A DNA stretch of 64,000 nucleotides from Chrysomallon squamiferum (lineage: Eukaryota > Animalia > Mollusca): contig CM022672.1 in the NCBI GenBank assembly GCA_012295275.1, positions 17,608,001 to 17,672,000 on the forward strand, written 5' to 3'. Numbering within the stretch: the stretch's first letter is position 1; every line of letters begins with the position of its first letter. The notes under the pieces were generated by a model that saw only the letters and a program-made list of their open reading frames with translations, was not told where the DNA came from and made no database searches. The position numbers and the translations under genes were made by a program. This document shows positions 54,603 through 64,000 of this stretch, one piece after another.

Positions 54603-55754
54603 ATGTCAAGATCTCTGATATCTTTTATCAAACGAAGAAAGAAACGTGTCTTTCTCTATGGTCTGATCCTGTCAGCTCTGACACTTTACTCATTTTCAAG
54701 GGATCCTATTACAACATCATGGACTGTGCAACCAGATGACAAAAGATTCGTTTACACATACCCAAACAGAGACTGGGGTCCTAATCGCATTGAGAAACGT
54801 ATCCTGTTATGGACAGGTTTTGTGAATGCCAGTCTCTGGGATACTGATTCGGATGTACTCGCTGAATGCCCCAACAAATGCACGGCAACCACTGACAGAA
54901 GTCTCCTTCTCGACAGTGATGCAGTTTTGTTTAACGCAAGAGATTTGTCAGAGCATTTTGAATTGCCTCCAAGTCGTTTGACACACCAGGTTTGGGTTCT
55001 ACACAACACCGAACCACCATATTATATATATTTAGATACAAGTAAGCTTAACTATGTGTTTAATTGGACTAGCTGGTACCAGAAAGATGCTACAATATTT
55101 TCACCATATGGAGAATGGGTTCCGCTGTCCAAAGAAGAAAAATCACTGTACAAAGCAAAAAACTACTGGCAGAATAAAACAAAAATGGCTCTTTGGGTGG
55201 CAAGTAACTGCAATGATAAAGCAAAAAGGAAAACGATTGTTAAGGAACTGAGAAAATATATTGATGTTGACACCTACGGAAAATGTGGACAACATAATTG
55301 CACCAAGAATTGTTTTGGAACATTTTCAAAGTACAAGTTTTTTCTTTCATTTGAAAATGGATTTTGCCGGGATTACATAACAGAAAAATTTTGGCGCCCA
55401 ATCGTTCGAGAACAAATTCCAGTGGTGAGAGGTGGCGCCAACTATGAAGAAATGGTTCCCCCCAGATCTTACATTGATGCCATGGACATTTCTGTGAAAT
55501 CACTTGCAGAAAAACTTATTCGTATTGGTTCTGACAGAGAACTGTACAACAGTTATTTTGAATGGAAATCAAAATTTAAACTCAAAACAAAAGGCCATGG
55601 CTGGACTAGAATGAACTGGTGTAAATTTTGTGAGAAACTGCACGACACTACGCAGCCAGCACAAGTGTACTACGATTTCAGGGGATGGTTGGAACAGGAT
55701 GTGTGTTTTCAAGAGAACTGGAATTTCAATTTATACAATATTATACATTTTTAA
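54603..55754 (+). CDS. Alpha-1,3/4-fucosyltransferase (glycosyltransferase family 10), 383 aa, single coding exon
   Basis: Type II TM anchor; ILLWT, TEPP, FNWTSWY..SPYG, WVASNC, VDTYGKCG, YKFFLSFENGFCRDYITEKFW, IPVVRG, YFEWK, CKFC. Splice acceptor ttatag| lies 6 nt before the ATG. Confidence 0.95.
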   Translation: MSRSLISFIKRRKKRVFLYGLILSALTLYSFSRDPITTSWTVQPDDKRFVYTYPNRDWGPNRIEKRILLWTGFVNASLWDTDSDVLAECPNKCTATTDRSLLLDSDAVLFNARDLSEHFELPPSRLTHQVWVLHNTEPPYYIYLDTSKLNYVFNWTSWYQKDATIFSPYGEWVPLSKEEKSLYKAKNYWQNKTKMALWVASNCNDKAKRKTIVKELRKYIDVDTYGKCGQHNCTKNCFGTFSKYKFFLSFENGFCRDYITEKFWRPIVREQIPVVRGGANYEEMVPPRSYIDAMDISVKSLAEKLIRIGSDRELYNSYFEWKSKFKLKTKGHGWTRMNWCKFCEKLHDTTQPAQVYYDFRGWLEQDVCFQENWNFNLYNIIHF

Positions 55755-57991
55755 TATAAAGTTTTGATGTACAGTTAATACACAGTACTGTTATTGCTCA
55801 TTTCTTCGTGTTACTGAAAACCTTTCCCCCCCCCGACAGAAATCAAGAATTCTCAGCAAGCGAAGTGTATGTAATCTGTTATGTTTTTATAATTATTTTG
55901 TCTGTTTTAGATAACTTTTTTTTGGATAATTTTTATGAAAATTTATATATATGTTAAACTATTTTTAGGTACCAGATTATATGACTTTCTTAGAATGACA
56001 TATTTGCACTACAAAAATAATATATTCCAGTGAGAAAGTTGAGGTTATGAAACTAAAGCTAAAGGTACAGCCTGTTCCAAAGATGCATTTTAATTGAACT
56101 ATAGAAATATATATACTGAAAGTAAAATTCTTGTATTTTTTTTATTTTGTCAGGTCTCCTGAAATTCATTTAAAGATGTCTTAATACATCTTTCATATTT
56201 CACCTGTTGAGGAGTCATAAAAAAAAAAATAGAATTAAAAATATTATCACATGCTCTCTGTCTGTATGTAGACATGTACACATCCACATAAGTAAGATAT
56301 TGTAAGATATAAGTTGGCAGTTTTGACCAAAAGCATTAAAACTTATTGTCCAATAAATTAAACTGTTACAGCGACCTACAGTGTGCTGGTATAATGTAGT
56401 CAATATAATTTACATGGATTTGGCATTTCTTAGTAGTACTTGCAGGTGGATTTTCAGGTTTTGAACACCCATGGGGTATTATTTTATATGCGTCCTGAGC
56501 ATCTGGAGCTATAAACCCCCAGATGAGGCAGGCTGAATTAGTTTCATCATCTACACTTGTCTATATAATATTACTCTAACCAAATATATATATACTGATG
56601 GTGTTTTTCTGCTGTGTATATTTATTACATTATTTTTTTTAAAGTATATGAAAAATTGTTAATATATAATATATACAAACATGTTTCTTAGCTGTATATA
56701 AACTTGATTAATGTTTCAGAAAGGTACTTCTGAAAGTCTGTGAACTTTTTGTAATTTACAAATGAAAAGGTTATTTTTACATGATTTATTTTGTCATCAA
56801 AATGTGTAACACCTAAGCTTTATTTCTCATCAATCAAATCGTATAAATGTAAAGTATTCATTTCCCTGATTTTCTTTGAATCCCCAAAAGCCAACTTCAT
56901 TAAAATTGTTGCTATTTACTTACATGAAGGAGTCAAATTGTGATTTTATACTTAAACACACACATATATATATATATCAAATCAAATCAAATAATGTATG
57001 TCTGATTTAAAAACAGGATTATCTCTCTCTGACCAATGTTCTATCAAATGGTATCAAACAATCATGACCAAAGACCTGATCCTTTGTGAAAACTTTCACA
57101 GTGAAACATATGCAATTTATTGTTTGCTTTAAAGTGTCCGATGTGTTAAATATCCCAGTGAATATAAATAATCAAATGGTTTTCAAAACAAAATTTGTTA
57201 AAATGAAAAATGTGCTTCTGCAGATTGTCACAGCTAGATTTAACTATTTCCAAACATTTGTTGATTTTATTTTGTTTTAGCTTTTTTTGAACTGCTTTTG
57301 TTGTTTTGTAACTATTAACATAAAGTTGTACTGCTTTTGATCATTGATTTTTTCATATTTTGCTGTTATATATATTTTATGAAGTAAATTTAAAATAAAA
57401 TAATTTTTAAATAATTTTACTGGATTTGTCTCTTTTCTTTTTCTTCTTTTTTTTTGGGGGGGGTGCTATTTTAAATATATATAAATGATAGAATGTCAAG
57501 GAAAGAAGAAATATTTTAAGACAAGCAAAGCTCATTAGTACTTTTTTCAATGTGTTTTTTTTTTATCTATGTCATCCTTTTTATTAAAGAATTTTTTAAT
57601 GTGTTTACTTGCATCCTTTTCATTAAGAATTATTGGCTGCCACTACTCAATAGTACTGTTTTCAAGCAGCAAGAATTTTTTTTATCTATGGATCAGAAAG
57701 CACATGCCACAGCCATTGATAAATGGAGATTTTTTTTTGTTTCACATACATCAGATTGTTTACATAATGCAATATTTTATGAATTTAAATTTAAAAGTCA
57801 GAAAAATTTCAAATGAACCCTTTGCTAAACAAAATTCACTTGGGTTCATTTCATTCAGAATTATGGTTATTGTAATTTAAATTGTAAACTGGCCAGTGGC
57901 AGTCTTTTTCTCTACACATGATGACCAAACTCATTTACACCATTACACTATAAGCCTTGCGCACTAACTAGGTTAGGGCATCTTTTACTGA

Positions 57992-60918
<2,927 letters not shown>

Positions 60919-60989
60919 GTTGTCATTACAGTGTCAAACGCTGTAATAACAGATTTTCAAAATAATCGAATAAATATACATTAAATCTT

Positions 60990-61135
60990 TCTTCCGTTTA
61001 ACAAGCTCCCACATATTTCCAGACAACTGCCTCAAAACACGCTGGCCGGAAGTAAACAAACCTCCGAAAACCAACAAGTCACCTTCGGTCAAATTACTCG
61101 AAAGTTTTTGAGTAAACTAGATATCGATGAGGTTT
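60990..61135. promoter_or_regulatory. Probable ARF-like gene promoter
   Basis: CpG-enriched patch about 130 nt upstream of the ATG, with ETS CCGGAAGT (61046-61053) and DRE-like TATCGAT (61122-61128). Confidence 0.5.
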
Positions 61136-64000
61136 AGACTGAGCTATATCTTATAATATTTTAATCAGCAAAAGGATTAGTGTGATTGACATTATCTTAA
61201 GACACAAGTTGTTTTGGAGCTGTTTGTTGTAGACCTACTATAAGCACAGACGTCTGTCTATGAAACAATTTAAACATTAAAACAACGAGTGCGTATAGTT
61301 ATAGTTAGTGTTATAGACTTCACTGCATCCTACACTGCATCATTACATGATTAAATTATCAAATGGATATTATTTTAATGAATCTGTACCATCTATTCGC
61401 AGTGTTGATGTAGCTATGTAATCATGTTGTGTTAGATACAGACTCGTTCATTTAGTATCTAAATATAATTCCTCAGTTACAAAAAAACCCAACCCCAAAA
61501 CAACAACAAAAAAAAAAAACTTCTATGTTTATTTACTGCATTTTTTTTTTTTTGTTCATGTTCACTCTGTATTTTTTACATTATATTTTTAAACCTTTTT
61601 ATTTAGATCCAAATTTTACAAATATCTTTAATCCAAGCACAGCGAAATTAATCGTATAACTTATAGATACTAAAGTACTTATTTATTAAATTTTCTTAAT
61701 AGATAAATAAAAATTGTGTTTCTCAACAGTTACATGTTGTAAATTATAATATTAGCTTTGTAACACTGCTCTAAATATTTTTGTTAGATTATTCCGGATG
61801 TATAACTCTTTAAAATGGAAAATAAACATTCCATTAGTTTCTGTCTTCTGTGAAGTAAATTCTTTACTTGTTTCTTTAGTACTGTTCACAGTGTTAGAAT
61901 TCAAACATAAGACTAAAACATATTGATGCCAAACATGAAAGGGCTTTACATTTACAACATATTGCAGTGTATTTGTTAAAATAGTCTAAATATATTCTGT
62001 AGACTTCAGAGTTTTTACTGTTATTGTTATTTCCAATGAAAAATAACATTTTGAATCACCAGGCTTCTAACTATGATGATTTTTATAATACCTATAAATA
62101 TGATCCGTACATTTGCTGTTCTTTAAATTTTCCTCCTTCTCTTCTCTTTTCCTATTTCTCATTTTCATTCATTCTTTTTAATTTTTTAAATTTGTTTTTA
62201 TCTTGGTTTACAAATTCAAATGGAATTTAAAATTTAAAAATATCACTGCTGATTTAACTGGTTCACTCTAATAACATAAATAGTATTCATGAATGCCAAG
62301 TTTAAACAATGTAGATAATTTGGTAACTTTAGTTACAATACACTCCTGAACTAAAGCTGACACCTCTTTGTATTTATTCTGCTGCTATTATAAAAAATCA
62401 TAATAATAATAATAAGTTCACTGAAAATAACGAGGAAAAAGTATATTAACTGATTTGATTTTCCAATTTTCTGTTGAGAAAACATTTACTAGTCAGATGG
62501 ATGATAATGTGGGAGCATATTCAAAAAAAAAAAGGTATCTAAACAATTAATGGATGACAAGATTGTGTAAGAGTTGATGCTTATACATTAAAATATAATT
62601 TTATGAAAATTTTGAGGGCATCAGGACATGCTGATAACATCAAGCTTTTCTAAAGTATGCCATTCAAAACACACACACACACACATGCATGTTTGTTTTC
62701 ATATGATCATCTTCTCTTTCTGTCATTGTTTCAATGTTGTTATACATTCACTACTCAATAAAATACCCTTCATAGAAATTTTGTCTTTCTTAATGTACCT
62801 TATTTATAATAATATCAGAAAATGTACCATTTTATAATTGGAATTAAAATTCTGATTCCATTTTATCATTTTTTTTTAAACATATAATATTATATACATT
62901 ATCTAACAATTATTGTGTCTTGTATCAATAGCAGTTACACAGTTAATTAGCATATCCTAATTGAATTTTATATTTTTCATGGTGAAAGAGAGAGACCAAC
63001 TGTCACCTAGGTGATTATGATTGTAGAAGATGTCAGTTTAGTTGTAAATGGCGATTTGTAAAATGCTGGCTGCATACTGTTATTGAGAAAAGTGTCACAT
63101 GTTAACACTATTATCAAGTCACAGTGATAATTTGAAAAGTAAGTCTGCCACTTTTTTCAGTCAAATTTAAAGCATACCTTGATGATGTGAATAAAGGGTC
63201 TTCATATATTGTGCATAACTTGCAAGTTACCATTTTATTTCTTTTTGCTGTCCAGTCTTAATTAATAATGAAGTATAACAACAAAAGAATACAAAAACAG
63301 TTGCAACTTTTTAGAGTTATTGAAAGAAAACAGACACTAAAAATGCATAAACTATTTAAAGGATAAAACAATAGAGGATTAGCAAAACCATTATGAAACA
63401 CATTATTTGTTCACATAATTATATTTATTTAATTTTTCCAAATAGTACGACATTTTATTCTTTTTCATACAATGCTCCACTTCTAATACATATTACTGCA
63501 CTGATCTTTAAACTTTAAATAAATAAAATCGTGTTACTAAATATTACCCAAATAAAGCTGTTAAGAATAAAAATTACATCACATATTTGATATTAAAGCT
63601 GCCTATAAACATGTCCTTTGTTTCTTAATAATTACCATCATTTTGTGTACGTAGGACATCTGCTTGAATTTCCAAAGATCAACAAAGTGCATCATGTGTT
63701 CAGTAAACTTACATAATCATATATTTTTTATCGAATCCCTATTACATTTGAATATATGCCTGCAGTATTTGTGTTGGTGTACACACTGTTGAAGGAAGAT
63801 CAACATATGATAAAATTCTATTTGTTTCATGTGTTAATACTGCAAAAACAAGTTTGTAAATTGAACAAAAGGCTGAGTCATTAAGAGTATTATTTCTGAA
63901 TAAAATAACATTCTTGAGCATAGCTGTTATGTATCTTGTAAGAATCCTGAGACTAATCACACTGTATTTATAAATATAATAGTCCATTATATTTTTTCTT

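Noticed and set aside
54752-55503. Overlapping ORFs within the fucosyltransferase
   Set aside because: Alternative-frame and antisense shadows of a real CDS.
63742-63987. 81-aa ORF at the window end
   Set aside because: No recognisable motif; composition matches non-coding DNA.

Overview
AT-rich, microsatellite-dense animal genomic DNA, most likely molluscan (possibly gastropod). This is inferred from a mollusc-type 'SAxDxRPSA-TM' protein and a Nin-like SINE relic. Five spliced or eukaryotic genes were assembled by hand with consistent intron phases. (1) The 3' 24 exons of phospholipase C epsilon (+, 892-20563), containing an AT-AC U12 intron. (2) A complete RAB28 (-, 33296-37188). (3) A 524-aa type I membrane protein with a discoidin-like segment (-, 38720-45259). 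(4) A single-coding-exon GT10 alpha-1,3-fucosyltransferase (+, 54603-55754). (5) An atypical ARF-family GTPase with Arg in place of the switch-II Gln (-, 57992-60918), whose intron 4 holds an inverted decayed copy of its exon 2. The most unusual pattern is that several unrelated PLC-epsilon intronic tandem repeats begin exactly at splice junctions and multiply the donor sequence. DNA-transposon and SINE relics are also present. Family assignments rest on recalled motifs; no database search was run.
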